DNA of 64,000 nt from Eledone cirrhosa (lineage: Eukaryota). Every line of letters begins with the position of its first letter. The stretch's first letter is position 1. The notes below the pieces were generated by a model. The model saw nothing but the letters and a program-made list of their open reading frames with translations, did not search any database and was not told the DNA's origin. Below, piece after piece: positions 12,157-23,904 of this stretch. A program made the translations under genes and the position numbers. The stretch lies in NCBI GenBank assembly GCA_964016885.1, contig OZ024758.1, positions 31,992,001 through 32,056,000 on the forward strand, given 5' to 3'.

Positions 12157-14771
12157 TATAGCGAAGATACTGGGTTGTATGAATGTAACAAGGAGACATC
12201 GTTTGTGTGTATAATATTTAATCAACAATTTAACAGTATAGTTGACATGTCAATGAATAAACGAAAGAATGAAGCAAAGTTAGTAGTTACCGTTTTGATT
12301 GCCAGGCAAACGCGGCTGGCAGAAGACGCCTGGCGAAGGCCAGGCGCCGGTAGGGCAAATGAGAGGGAGAGAGCCGAAAACTATTCGTTTTATAGGGCTC
12401 TGCCGGAAGTTACAGAAAGGGTTCTACTTCCCGTCTAGATGTTAATCTATTGGGGTTGTGAGTCACAACAAGGGAGGCTACTGCTACATAACCTCCCGCC
12501 AGAATTTTAGAATATAAAAATCGAATGAAATATGTAGCAAGTTGGCGAGAATGTTGTAACAGGCATGAAAATTACGATAAAAGAATGTTTGCAAAAATCA
12601 ATGATAGATATCAAGGTAGCCAACCGCTCTTGGCCAGAAAACGACTGGACATCTATCCATCACCCAAAGATACAATGTAATAAAGTAAGAGAAGAGCTCA
12701 AAGTTCAAATGTACAAAATATAGTTCACAGGTGTGCAATCACATGACAGCAGGAAAGAAAGTGTGTTCCAGAGAATGAATGCAGGTGGTTTCTGTTCTGT
12801 GGTATATCGTGAAATTTCCAACCTCCGAATGGATTTTCTCACAGGAAGAGTGCTGCAAAAATAAATTCTCTGGCTTGTTCTGCTGGTTTTGGTTGTTGGT
12901 GAAGCTGTGTTGCTGTTGATGTTGTTGTCTCGCTGAGTGAGCGTATTCGGTGTTTAAATTCACAGTAAAAAAAAAAATTTTTTTTGAAAAAATGAGTTGC
13001 GCAAAAGTGCTAGAAATAACAGCCGAAGTTGATGGTCGATGTTGAGAATGCGTTGACCTGGAAGGGTCAAGAGGCCAGCGACCAAAGAAATAAGCATTCT
13101 GAATAAATGCGCAGTTTTCAACGGCAAATTTACGTGGTAAATTTTTAAACCGGCAAATAGGAGAATATAGCTTAAGGCTGAAGAATCCTTGGCGAGAAAC
13201 GTTATCTCTGGCGTGCGGCTATCTCTGTGAGTCGAGAATTTGTGCTGCCTACACGTGCCAATGCAAGGTTAAGTTAGGTTGAAAAAATAATATTTCTAAC
13301 GCGCGAGAAAATGATAGTGCAAGTGTGAAAGTGACAATGATGAAAAAGAAAGGCTTCACTTAGCATAATTATTGGTGTGAACTTTGGAAAAAAAAACTTG
13401 AACGATGAAGAAAACGATGAAAAAAAAGGCAATGGTTCATCGAAAATAAATGTTCCTGTTGAAATGTTTTTTAAAGAATATCAAATTTCTTTCTTTTTTT
13501 TTGTTTTGTTTTGAAAGTGTTCGTTGTAAGAAACGAGAAACATATATATATATCGTGAAATGCGACAGTTAGTTGATGCGCGAGAGAAAAAGTCTGTCTG
13601 TGCGAAAATTTCACATGTGCGTGGTGTGTTCGTTTCTTTTACTGAGTATTTTCATAGTTTGTCAATAAATTTGCTGTGTATTCGTAATGTTACTCACACA
13701 ACACCAGATTCTGCTATTTTTTTATTTTTTCGGGGTGACCACTTATAGCGATGAACGGCTGCGTGTTCGTATCACGTCAGGGTTACCAATATAGCGAAGA
13801 TACTGGGTTGTATGAATGTAACAAGGAGACATCGTTTGTGTGTATAATATTTAATCAACAATTTAACAGTATAGTTGACATGTCAATGAATAAACGAAAG
13901 AATGAAGCAAAGTTAGTAGTTACCATTTTGATTGCCAGGCAAACGCGGCTGGCAGAAGACGCCTGGCGAAGGCCAGGCGCCGGTAGGGCAAATGAGAGGG
14001 AGAGAGCCGAAAGCTATTCGTTTTATAGGGCTCTGCCGGAAGTTACAGAAAGGGTTCTACTTCCCGTCTAGATGTTAATCTATTGGGGTTGTGAGTCACA
14101 ACAAGGGAGGCTACTGCTACATAACCCCCCGCCAGAATTTTAGAATATAAAAATCGAATGAAATATGTAGCAAGTTGGCGAGAATGTTGTAACAGGCATG
14201 AAAATTACGACAAAAGAATGTTTGCAAAAATCAATGATAGATATCAAGGTAGCCAACCGCTCTTGGCCAGAGAACGACTGGACATCTATCCATCACCCAA
14301 AGATACAATGTAATAAAGTAAGAGAAGAGCTCAAAGTTCAAATGTACAAAATATAGTTCACAGGTGTGCAATCACATGACAGCAGGAAAGAAAGTGTGTT
14401 CCAGAGAATGAATGCAGGTGGTTTCTGTTCTGTGGTATATCGTGAAATTTCCAACCTCCGAATGGATTTTCTCACAGGAAGAGTGCTGCAAAAATAAATT
14501 CTCTGGCTTGTTCTGCTGGTTTTGGTTGTTGGTGAAGCTGTGTTGCTGTTGATGTTGTTGTCTCGCGGAGTGAGCGTATTCGGTGTAAAAAAAAAAATAT
14601 ACATTATTAAGAAATAATAAGGCCAGGCGCCGGTAGGGCAAATGAGAGGGAGAGAGCCGAAAGCTATTCGTTTTATAGGGCTCTGCCGGAAGTTACAGAA
14701 AGGGTTCTACTTCCCGTCTAGATGTTAATCTATTGGGGTTGTGAGTCACAACAAGGGAGGCTACTGCTACA
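12157..14771 (-). mobile_element. Tandem non-autonomous Gypsy-derived LTR element (LTR-internal-LTR-partial internal-partial LTR)
   Basis: Two near-identical 332-bp LTRs (12157-12488, 13790-14121) plus a partial LTR (14621-14771), starting TGTAGCAG on the minus strand. PPT-like CTGGCGGG(A/G)GG precedes the LTRs, PBS TGGTCACCCCGA lies at 13730-13741, and the TSD AACT is at 12153-12156 and 14772-14775. No pol ORF. Confidence 0.88.
13757..13788 (+). pseudogene. cDNA copy of the 3' end of mature tRNA-Trp including CCA
   Basis: GGCTGCGTGTTCGTATCACGTCAGGGTTACCA versus the recalled metazoan tRNA-Trp end GGCTGCGTGTTCGAATCACGTCGGGGTCACCA: 29/32 identical. Confidence 0.85.
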
Positions 14772-14899
14772 AACTCAACAAACATTTTCTACTAAAATTT
14801 CTTCTTCACATTATCACAATGAAAGTGTTTACAATCTCGATCAGAAATAACAATAGTTTATTGTTCCCTCCCGGTTTATTTCTTCATAACTTTCTCTAC

Positions 14900-15960
14900 A
14901 CATGCGAATCATGAATCTTGACCAAAGATTCAAACAGTGGAGATGAGATGCTACAGAAGAATCCTGGGAATCTCCTACACAGAAAACATCATGAACGAGG
15001 CAGCAGGTAAATCACTGAAGATTTGCTGACCACAGGGAAGAGGAGGAAGGTGAGGTGGTATGTGATAAGATCGGATGGACTCTCTAAGACAATGGTCCAA
15101 ACAACGGGGAAAGAGAAAGCGGTACATAGTCACATAGCTGAGTGGAGAGGGAAGAAGTTTGCCATGACTCAAGCACTGGCCCATGGCCTTCAGACCAACC
15201 ACCCAGAAAAGAGTTAAGGGACTACGATGATAGTGATAAATTTCTTAATAATGTATATTTTAAAAAATTGTAATCTTGCAGAGATACATTTTCCTTGATA
15301 GTCATTACGATCATGTTCGAAAATGTATTACTGAAAATTTTTAATTAAGTTATGATTAATTTTGATTCGTATTTGTTGTTGATTAAACGTAAACTCTGTT
15401 ATTTCTCAGTGCCTTCCAATTTCATATCAAAGATTTTATATACGAACGTAATGTCATTTCTACAACTATCAACTACGGGGAAAACTTTATCAATTCAAAA
15501 TGTATTTGCAGGAAACTTAAATACAAGTATTACAGAACCTGTACCAGCTTCAGCATTCGGTAGAAAGTAGGCAGGTGTAAAAGCCAAACTGGCTATCAAT
15601 CTTGGGTAATGACCGAAAGAATACGACCGAGTCTACAACCAGCCGAGACGGGGTTTCTCCAAAGGGTCTTTGGAGTAACGTTACTTAATGAAGTGCGTAG
15701 CTCGGAAATAAGAGGCGCTCCAGGTAGAGCCACTACTCCAAAATGAGAGACAACAGCTCTGATAATAAGGGCATGTGGTTAGAATATCTCAGGAAAGAAT
15801 CACAGCAGATGTTATGGGCAAAACCAACCGACAGAAGACCTCGAGCAAGACGGTTGGATAATCCATGAGCTTGGCTTGTCTCGGGATCCAACCGTATTAG
15901 TTGGAAATGGTTGCTTCTGACCAGCTGGAAGAAGTATTTAAGGATTCTGCCTTCACGACC
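14900..15960 (+). mobile_element. Decayed RTE LINE 3' fragments (about 14900-15220 and about 15535-15960)
   Basis: KRRKVRWYVIRSDGLSKT motif. The second fragment is homologous to 23905-24500 on the minus strand. Confidence 0.6.
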
Positions 15961-16439
15961 CTCCCAAGAAGAAGACCTATTTGCATTTTAAGAAAGTTAT
16001 AATGTCAGAGTGGGGAGCACTAAAATATGGTTATTTCTTTGATTAGACCCTCTAGGATAGTTTCAATAATCCTCGTTATAATTCGACATAACTTTAATTG
16101 CTATGAAATTCTGTAAATGAAAATAATTCACTATGATTACCTCCCTCGTCGAAAAAAAGGTTCTAAAACTTCAGGAACTGATTTCTGTTTTATTTAAGAT
16201 TATATATAGAGATACTGAATAAAATGTCATTTATTTGGGGTACATTTTTACTATTATACCCGTCTCACGTTTGAGGTGGAAATCGTCCCCTCCCTTTTTT
16301 TAAAAAATCAATCTTACCTTCAAAAACGTCGAAAATTATTCGATCGGGGAGAGGGCACTCTCACGGTCTTCGGGTTGCTTAATTGTTAAGTGTTTTATTC
16401 ACAGTAATATAAATAACATTACAAATTGTTCACAATTCT

Positions 16440-16950
16440 TTCAGATTACAGTCTTTCTTGCCGCCTCATTCTGAAGAGAGCTTTGGCCCGAGCGAGCATC
16501 CCCTCGGTCTTGGAACCATTTGGGTTGTCCAGAAGTGACAGCAAAAGACCTGACGGCCTTACCCTGTGCCTCTGGTCGAGAGGCAGGTGCCCTGTCTGGG
16601 ACATCACTGGATGCTGCGGTTAGGACGAGACCCACAACTTCCGCAGCCGAGTGGAGTAAGACCCTCAAATAATCTGATCTGTCGGCCAGCCACATTTTTC
16701 AGTCTGTGGCTTTCGAGACGTTTGGGGGAGTCGGGCCGCTGACTGCGAGGTTCCTCTCTTCACTGGCTGCTCGCCTAATAAAGGTAACTGGTGAATCTCG
16801 CGAGGGCGCTTGGCTGTTCCAGCGCATCAGCCTCGCCATCACCCGAGGCAACGCTGCGAGTGTGCTGGCTTGCCTCAAAACTCATTAGAGAGGTTACCCA
16901 GTACTCCTCGCTGCTGTCTTTTGCTCTGGTGTTGACTCCGTTGTTCACCC
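16440..16950 (+). mobile_element. REL-endonuclease (CRE/NeSL-like) LINE 3' fragment
   Basis: LEPFGLSRSDSKRPDGLTL..W..GR..VWDIT (PD..D motif) and AFETFGG...WLFQRISLAITRGNAASVL. Confidence 0.85.
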
Positions 16951-17492
16951 CTTCGTGACGGGGATGGTTTCTATAAATTTAGGCTTTTATCATATAAAAT
17001 TTCATTTGTTAATTAAAAGAAAATGCCACTAACTACTACTACCACCACCGCTACTACTACTACTACTACTACTGCTGCTGTTGTTGTTGTCTACCTGCCC
17101 CTGCTTCTACTTCAACTGAGCGCATTTCACTTTAGGCAAAAAATTAACATGATTTATTAAAAATGTGCTGAGAGTAAAGCTGGATGTGCAGAAAAGAAGG
17201 CTGCACTGGTATCGCCATGTGATGCATAAAAATGAGGACTCTTGGGTAAAAAAGAGCTAAGAAATTCCAGTGGAAGGAACCTGGATAGGGTTGTGAGTTC
17301 ATAAGAGATGATGAAGGACTGCAACAAGTGGAGGGAAGCTGTGCGGGAAAAAACCGCCCAGCCTATGCAAGCATAGAACCCCCCTCCCCCGTAAAGCGAT
17401 GATATATATATATATAATCATCATCATCATCATCATCATCGTTTAACGTCTATCGTCTGCGCTAGCATGGGTTTAGAATATATATATATATA

Positions 17493-17921
17493 TCATCATC
17501 ATCATCATCATCAGCGTTTAACGTCCGTGTTCCACGCTTGCATGGGTTTGGACGGGGGTAGTCCCACTTGAGGCAAGAGTGATTGTCTTGCTCGCATAGG
17601 ACTGTCTGGCAGGTTTTCTACAGTTGGATGCCCTTCCTAACACCAACCACATTTACAGTGTGGGTCTGGGAGGTTTTTACCGTGTTGCCTACACGGCCAC
17701 ATTACAGCGTGGACTGTGTGTTTTTTTGTCGTGACACCTACACGATCTCATTTGTTTCGGCCTCGATGGCGCGGCACCAACATAACTTTACATAGAACGG
17801 GGTGGTGTGGATCGGGTGGGGGTGGTGGGACGGGGTGTATTTGTTAGAGATGCCTACTGGCTGGAGTAGGTTTTACTATATATTTAGGTAAGGCGGGTCT
17901 TCTCTGTTACTGAGTACCGCC
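17493..17921 (-). mobile_element. 3' end of the RTE-PHD LINE family with (CAT)n tail
   Basis: Colinear with 1-340 and with the reverse complement of 59105-59530. Confidence 0.9.
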
Positions 17922-18932
17922 AAATATAATTAATAAATGAAACAACAGACACAGGAATGCAAAATTACAGTTATATTAGGTTCACACACACACACACACG
18001 TGTGTAGATCTCGAGTTAAATCGAGGGCAACCACAGTAAAGAAGGTACTGAATACATTAGTAGAGAAAAACATCAATATTTAATATAGAAATGGCTTCTA
18101 CAGGATTAGAACTGTTTAGGGATGTTTGGTGACATAGTAAGTCGTTGATATTTATAGGTTTCATAGTGGTTTGAGGTGGTAGTCGTGGTGGTGAAAATAT
18201 AAAAGACAGGATAAGAACAGGCTGGAAGAAAGTGCTTTTCTGACAACAAAGGGCTTTTCTCTCTGAGTGAAGGGTACACTGTATGATGCATGTTGTGAAT
18301 TGCAATGCTACATGGCAGTGAAACCACAGAAGACCTGTGAAGGCTAGAAAGAAATGAAGCAAGTATGCTCGGATAGATATATCTGACTAATATTAGTGTG
18401 CGTGAATGACATAGCGTAAACAAACTCAGAAAAACTTGACATAAGAAGAATTGGATATATTGTGCAAGAGAAAAGAATGTTAGTATGAACATGTGATGTG
18501 TATTGAAGATAGCAACTGCTGAGACAGACCTAGGTTTAAAAAGAAAAATGCCCTAGAAATGCTGCATGTCAGTATGGCACCCCTAAAACTTCGCAAGAAG
18601 TTACAGATCCAGACATACAATCACATCATCACCACATCAACATTGACAAACACAACCAAATATTTCTTTTAGGAGAGCAAGCCGGCCATTGGGTATTTTC
18701 TCAGTCTATTCAAATATATATATTCCCAATTTATCTTATACTTACCACTATTCTGCTTGCTGGCTGTTTTTATCTCAGTTTCTTTCAATGATATATGTCT
18801 CCTCTCTTTCATAGGCTGCACCTTATGTCAAATTTCTAGATACCTTGAGGAAACTCAATACATCTGCCATAATAATGTCTCATTTTATTCTCAACATAAT
18901 CTTTCTTTTTTTTTTGTTTTTTAGAGCTTACT

Positions 18933-19046
18933 TACTTTCAAGCCTTGAGTAATCGCCCCCCCCCCCCCCGCCACTTTTCAGACCCACCCCACCCCCGCTT
19001 ATCAAATTTTGCTAATCTACCCCCCTCCTATTGAGACCTGAGAGTA
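18933..19046. mobile_element. Possible small MITE with C-rich interior
   Basis: TACTTTCAAGCCTTGAGTA and TATTGAGACCTGAGAGTA form imperfect TIRs ending in TA. Confidence 0.35.
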
Positions 19047-19134
19047 TGTCAGTATGGTGAGGCAAATACTAACAATGATCATGATTTTAATTTTGGCTAA
19101 TATTTTATTTTTTAGATTCAAAATTAATCTAAAG

Positions 19135-19168
19135 ATGAGTGAGTACAAGCCGAATGAAATTCGATTTC
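19135..19168 (+). CDS. Host gene coding exon 1 (MSEYKPNEIRF); exon acceptor at 19116
   Basis: Acceptor tattttatttttttag, AAAGATG start context, consensus donor C|gtaagt in phase 1. The frame is also open upstream of the ATG, so further 5' exons are possible. Confidence 0.65.
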
Positions 19169-19529
19169 GTAAGTACAGATGTGTTTGTTTTAGTGACTAA
19201 ACCAAGATTTTATGCTAGAGGGAGTATGAATGAGTGGTAGTTGAAGATGACATTCACATTAAGAAAGCATATCAATATATAAAGATTTTTGCGAGGTTCT
19301 GTCTGGGTATGTATACTTAGGGTGGCGCTTGTATAAGGTTGCTAGCTAATATTTACATCTAGCTACACACATGCTCACACACATACAGAGTTTTTGTAGA
19401 GAATTTTTCATTACTGATACATAAAAGAATTTAAATATGGAAACTGAGATTAAATTCATAAGCAAGCATAAAAGCATCAATAAATTACAGCCAGTTAAAG
19501 CGTGTACTACCCTCAGTACACTGATATAC

Positions 19530-19790
19530 ACTAAAGTCTGACTCAAGCTGGAAGGCTCATTAGGCTGGTGCTTATAGCAGTTTCATGGTGTGAAGTGACT
19601 GAGAGTACAAGACTTTCCCCTGGACAATGCCAGTCCCTCACAGGGCTAAACAGCTATTGCTGTCATTTTCAGCAACGTGAAATGAAGTTTATTGCTCAAG
19701 AACACAACATGCAACTCAGTTAATGAATTGAACCTATGACATTATGATCGTAAGCCCAACACTGTTACCATTAAGTCATGCGCCTCCACT
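19530..19790 (-). mobile_element. tRNA-derived SINE (second family)
   Basis: Minus-strand head GTGGAGGCGCATGACTTAATGG...GGTTCAATT and core TCTTGAGCAA. Related to 36040-36181. Confidence 0.6.
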
Positions 19791-20051
19791 CCAACTAATG
19801 GTATACAGTAATTGTTGCAGAACCTGAGCTGGATTACTTTACATAGAAACTATAGTTTCTGAGTTCAACTCTTTGTGAATTTGTCTTTTATTTGGTTAGA
19901 TCATTTGAGCTGTAACAAGATTCCTTGTCGTGTTATTTTGACATGTAAATCAACGATTATGCACTAACATATACACAGTAATTCTATTTACAGACATACA
20001 TTATTTCTATTTATATGCTCAATTCTCAAATTGACTATTTACTTTATCTAG

Positions 20052-20381
20052 AATTGTGTACGAGTTACTTTATGACATTCTTTGGAAACACTGAATTGTT
20101 TGACCTAAAGCAGCTGGAAAAGATTGCCACAGAATTGAAAGATCCTTGTGTGAATTCATTAATCGAATTTGTAGAGTGTCTAAATTTATGGGTAGAGGAA
20201 AACAAAGAAAAAAAAATGTCAGAGAAAAACGAAGAAAAAAAAATGTCAGAGAAAAACGAAGAAAAAAAAATGTCAGAGAAAAACGAAGAAAAAAAAATGT
20301 TAGATTACGACATAAAGGAGAAATTAAAAAAGATTTTAATTGATTTGAAGTACATACGACAAAGTGAAAAACTAGAAAACG
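20052..20381 (+). CDS. Host gene coding exon 2, death-domain-like helical region with 27-bp tandem repeat
   Basis: Acceptor ctttatctag, 330-nt open exon in phase 1/1, donor G|gtaaca, same frame as ORF 20015-20458. Confidence 0.7.
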
Positions 20382-21034
20382 GTAACAAAATTGATTTGAA
20401 ATTTTTTCAGTGGCGTTCTAAATTCGGTGTTGTGTACTTAGCTCTAGTCTATTTTTAATTTGCGGGTGCGTTCTGGCTATGATTAATGCTTAATTAATTC
20501 TGAGGTTGCCGAGGTTTCCTTCTCTTGTTTCAACCTTAACTTATCTCACGTTCTGATTTGAAATTATTTCTTGGTGGTAGGTGGAGGAAACCATGTTAAT
20601 ATGGGGTTGCTGGAAGATTACATTGTAAATACATTTTACAATGGTAACGTCATATTAAAGGGGAAATGAGCTAGTCGTTTTTAGTTCAAATCTTACTTTT
20701 TTTGACATCACAGTTATTCCCCCTAGAAAATACATAGTGGTTACTTCCCTTAAAAAATTACCTTTTTTTTTTTTAACGCTTTCTATTTTATAAACCTTGC
20801 ATGGTTATAATGGTTTATAATAGATTTTTATGTCTGAATGTCCTTTATAAATCTACCATTAGAATTAATCGATTGGCCATCTAGCACTCTATTGCAAATA
20901 TTCAGGCCAGACTTAGTCATTTAAAAAGCTGATTTAGCTGTGAGGTCAATAATCCTGTACCCTAATCTTACACAATGTTAATACTGCTGAAAGATATTTG
21001 TGGAAAAAAATAAATTTTTAATGTTGGTCACAGA

Positions 21035-21220
21035 ATAATTGTTTCTACCTTAGTCACAAGGTCAGCAATTACCCCAGTGCATTACAGGTGCATTATTTTA
21101 TTGACGCAAGGATGAAAGGCAAAGTTAACTTCGGTGGAATTTGAACTCAGACCGTAAATGGCCGTACCTCTATGCTACAAAACATGGTGTCTAACGCTTC
21201 ACCAATACTGCCAATCCACA
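21035..21220 (-). mobile_element. Nin-domain SINE
   Basis: Reverse complement of the 9588-9780 family. Confidence 0.75.
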
Positions 21221-21624
21221 TCCTGGTCACAAAATAAAACTATTTTTCAGTATTTGGATAAGACTAATTATACACTAATGTATTTGGACTTGTGTCCCCA
21301 TCTTTAGTTATATTCACATTTCACCTGTTGTATGTTCTAGCTCTGCATTTCTCAAATGGTGTCTCCCAGAACCCTAGGGTTCCATAAAAGGTCGCTAGGG
21401 GTTGAGCGAAAAATGGTGATAAATAAGCTAATGTATAAAGGAGCAATATGAGTTTTTTTTTTTTTTTGCATTGCCAAATTTGACAAAAAAGGGGTCATTT
21501 TTTTCGTTAAACCAGTTATTATTTATTTTGAGAACAATACCTTAACATCAGTGTGAGTGGCCAGTTACGGCCGGTTTGAACAGAAAGCGGTGAGAGAATT
21601 CTGGCCGGTTTAAATGGTAATGGG

Positions 21625-22430
21625 TTAAAGACAATAAAAAAGACTTCACAAATAAGCCAGCGATTAGATTAATATGCACTTCAACTTTGCATATGGGAAG
21701 AATTAATAAGAATATCTTGGATAGAATTATTCCTGATATCAAACAGAAAACCACACTTAACTTACGAGGTAATCGTATCAAGGTTATTGATTTAGATAAT
21801 AAGAATAAAGTGAAATTCTTATAGATTGATATCAATAACTACTATTCTTCTATTTCTCCTACCCTCCTTGATGAAGAAATTTTTATGGCTTTAGACTTTA
21901 CTAATATTACTAAACAAGAAATGGGTATTATTATTGCTGCTAGGGCAGTGGATTGGCAGCATTGGTAGATCGTCGGACAACCTACTTCACGGCAGAGAGT
22001 TACATCCCTTTACGTTCTAAGTTCAAATCCTTGCCTTTCATCAATTTAATCGACCCCCCCCCCAATTTGCTGGCCTTGTGCCTATAGTAGAAATCATTAT
22101 TATAGCTGTTAGATGAGCTATTATAGAATTTAATGGTAGTTTCTAGACTTGAAAAAAATAACTTTTATATTACAATGAGTTCGAATGACTCAGCCCAAGT
22201 AACTGATCTTGCAGGCCTGTTTCTCATTAACAAACTGAGGTGTCAGGTGATGCCCATGAAAGTGCCTGGTTGTTTCAATGCCTTAACCTCACTATCACCT
22301 AAAGGGTTAAGTTGGAAACTGTTCTGTTGGATGTTTCCAATTAAATTTTATTTGAATTTCTAATTAAGAAAAAATAGCATTAAATTTAAGACAATTAAAA
22401 ATAAGTTAGGCTTAACCATCTCATTTTATT
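21625..22430 (+). mobile_element. Decayed Penelope-like (Naiad-type) RT fragment interrupted by a SINE (21945-22104)
   Basis: KDNKKDFTNKPAIRLI...IDINNYYSSI...FYITMSSNDSAQVTDLAGLFLINKL, homologous to 37700-38190. Confidence 0.75.
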
Positions 22431-22467
22431 TCTAATGAAATACACCACCTATGTTTTTTTTTCTTCT

Positions 22468-22760
22468 TCATCTACTTATTTCTGAGAGGGTTGTGGAGGC
22501 AGTCTTCAAATACTCCTTTTTACAGGTTCTGTCAGAAGCAACCGTCTCCAACTGATCTAGCTGGATCCCCCAGCAAGACCAACCAAGCGCATGGATGTTA
22601 TCCAACCATCTTATTCGGGGTAAACTCCTGGGTCTCCTGCTGCTTGGTCTTGCCCATAAAATCTGTCCAACGATTCTTTCTTGAGACATTCTAGCCACAT
22701 CCCCACAGTACCAGAGCTGTGATCTCTTAATTCGGAGAAGTAGTGGCTCTACCTGGAGTA
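22468..22760 (-). mobile_element. RTE LINE 3' fragment
   Basis: RMSQERIVGQILWARPSSRRPRSLPRIRWLDNI. Confidence 0.75.
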
Positions 22761-23003
22761 ACTTATATTTTTCAAATTCCTAATTCTTTTGTTGTTGGTG
22801 AGAAGTAACTGGAATTATTTTTCTTTTTTTAATCTGTTCTGTATTTACTTTTATTTTTTTACTTATGAAGTTTATTCACAACTGTATAAATAACATTACA
22901 AATTTTTTTTTTATAAATTATAATGGAATGTGCCATGAAAATATTGCGATTGTTCTATGTTGTTTATTTCTCTCAAAACATCAACTATGTTTGTATATTT
23001 CAG

Positions 23004-23035
23004 ACTACAAGAAATCCCTCGGTTTAGAAAATTAA
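23004..23035 (+). CDS. Host gene terminal coding exon (DYKKSLGLEN*)
   Basis: Acceptor ttgtatatttcag, phase 1 compatible, TAA at 23033-23035, AATAAA at 23089 and 23103. Confidence 0.6.
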
Positions 23036-23236
23036 AACTGATGCCAACTATAAACTTGGTAAAGTAATATTAGTGACAGCTGCTGCTGAATAAAAATAGA
23101 GAAATAAAGATAGATAGGCCGGCAGTGTTAATTATGATTCAATATAGTGTAAAACATTTCTGAAAACTCCATTCAACTAAACTCTCAATAATGATTTCTT
23201 TATTAACCACAGGGGATGACACAAAGTATAACATTA

Positions 23237-23690
23237 AGGACAATACAGAACAATACAGAACAGTACAGGACAATACAGAACAACACAGGACAATACAGGA
23301 CAGTATAGGACAATACAGGACAATACAGGACAGGACAATATAGGACAGTATAGGACAATACAGGACAATACAGGACAATACAGGGCAGTACAGGACAATA
23401 CAGGACAGTATAGGACAATACAGGACAGTATAGGACAATATAGGACAATACAGAACAGTACAGGACAATACAGGACAGTATAGGACAATACAGGACAATA
23501 TAGGACAATATAGGACAATACAGGACAGGACAATATAGGACAGTATAGGACAATACAGGACAATATAGGACAATACAGGACAATATAGGACAATATAGGA
23601 CAATACAGGACAGGACAATATAGGACAGTATAGGACAATACAGGACAATATAGGACAATACAGGGCAGTACAGGACAACACAGGACAGTA
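23237..23690 (+). repeat. 10-bp minisatellite (YAGGACARTA)n
   Basis: Direct reading. It explains the Cys/Ile/Val/Leu-rich spurious ORFs at 23139-23728. Confidence 0.95.
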
Positions 23691-23904
23691 AAGAGTCTCC
23701 CCAAGGACGTTGTTGCTCTTTCCTTCAACTAATCCTCTATTCCTGGAGTTTCCAGCGATTGTAGAGGAATAGTGATAAATAAATAAAAAATAGAAATGAA
23801 TAAATAAACAAATAAAATAAATGAAAATCTTATTTTTCTTTTTTTAATCTGTTCTGTATTTACTTTTATTTTTTTTACTTATGAAGTTTATTCACAACTA
23901 TAAA

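Noticed and set aside
12100-12438. Duplicated 106-112 aa ORFs (also 13751-14071) as a gene pair
   Set aside because: They are antisense readings of the LTR and are not maintained in the diverged copy at 49207-49542.
15410-15566. Two possible upstream exons of the host gene (15410-15447 and from 15512)
   Set aside because: The frame is ambiguous, the second donor is weak, and the second exon overlaps a LINE fragment. Not supportable without RNA data.
23139-23728. Cys-rich ORFs in three frames
   Set aside because: They are translations of a 10-bp minisatellite.
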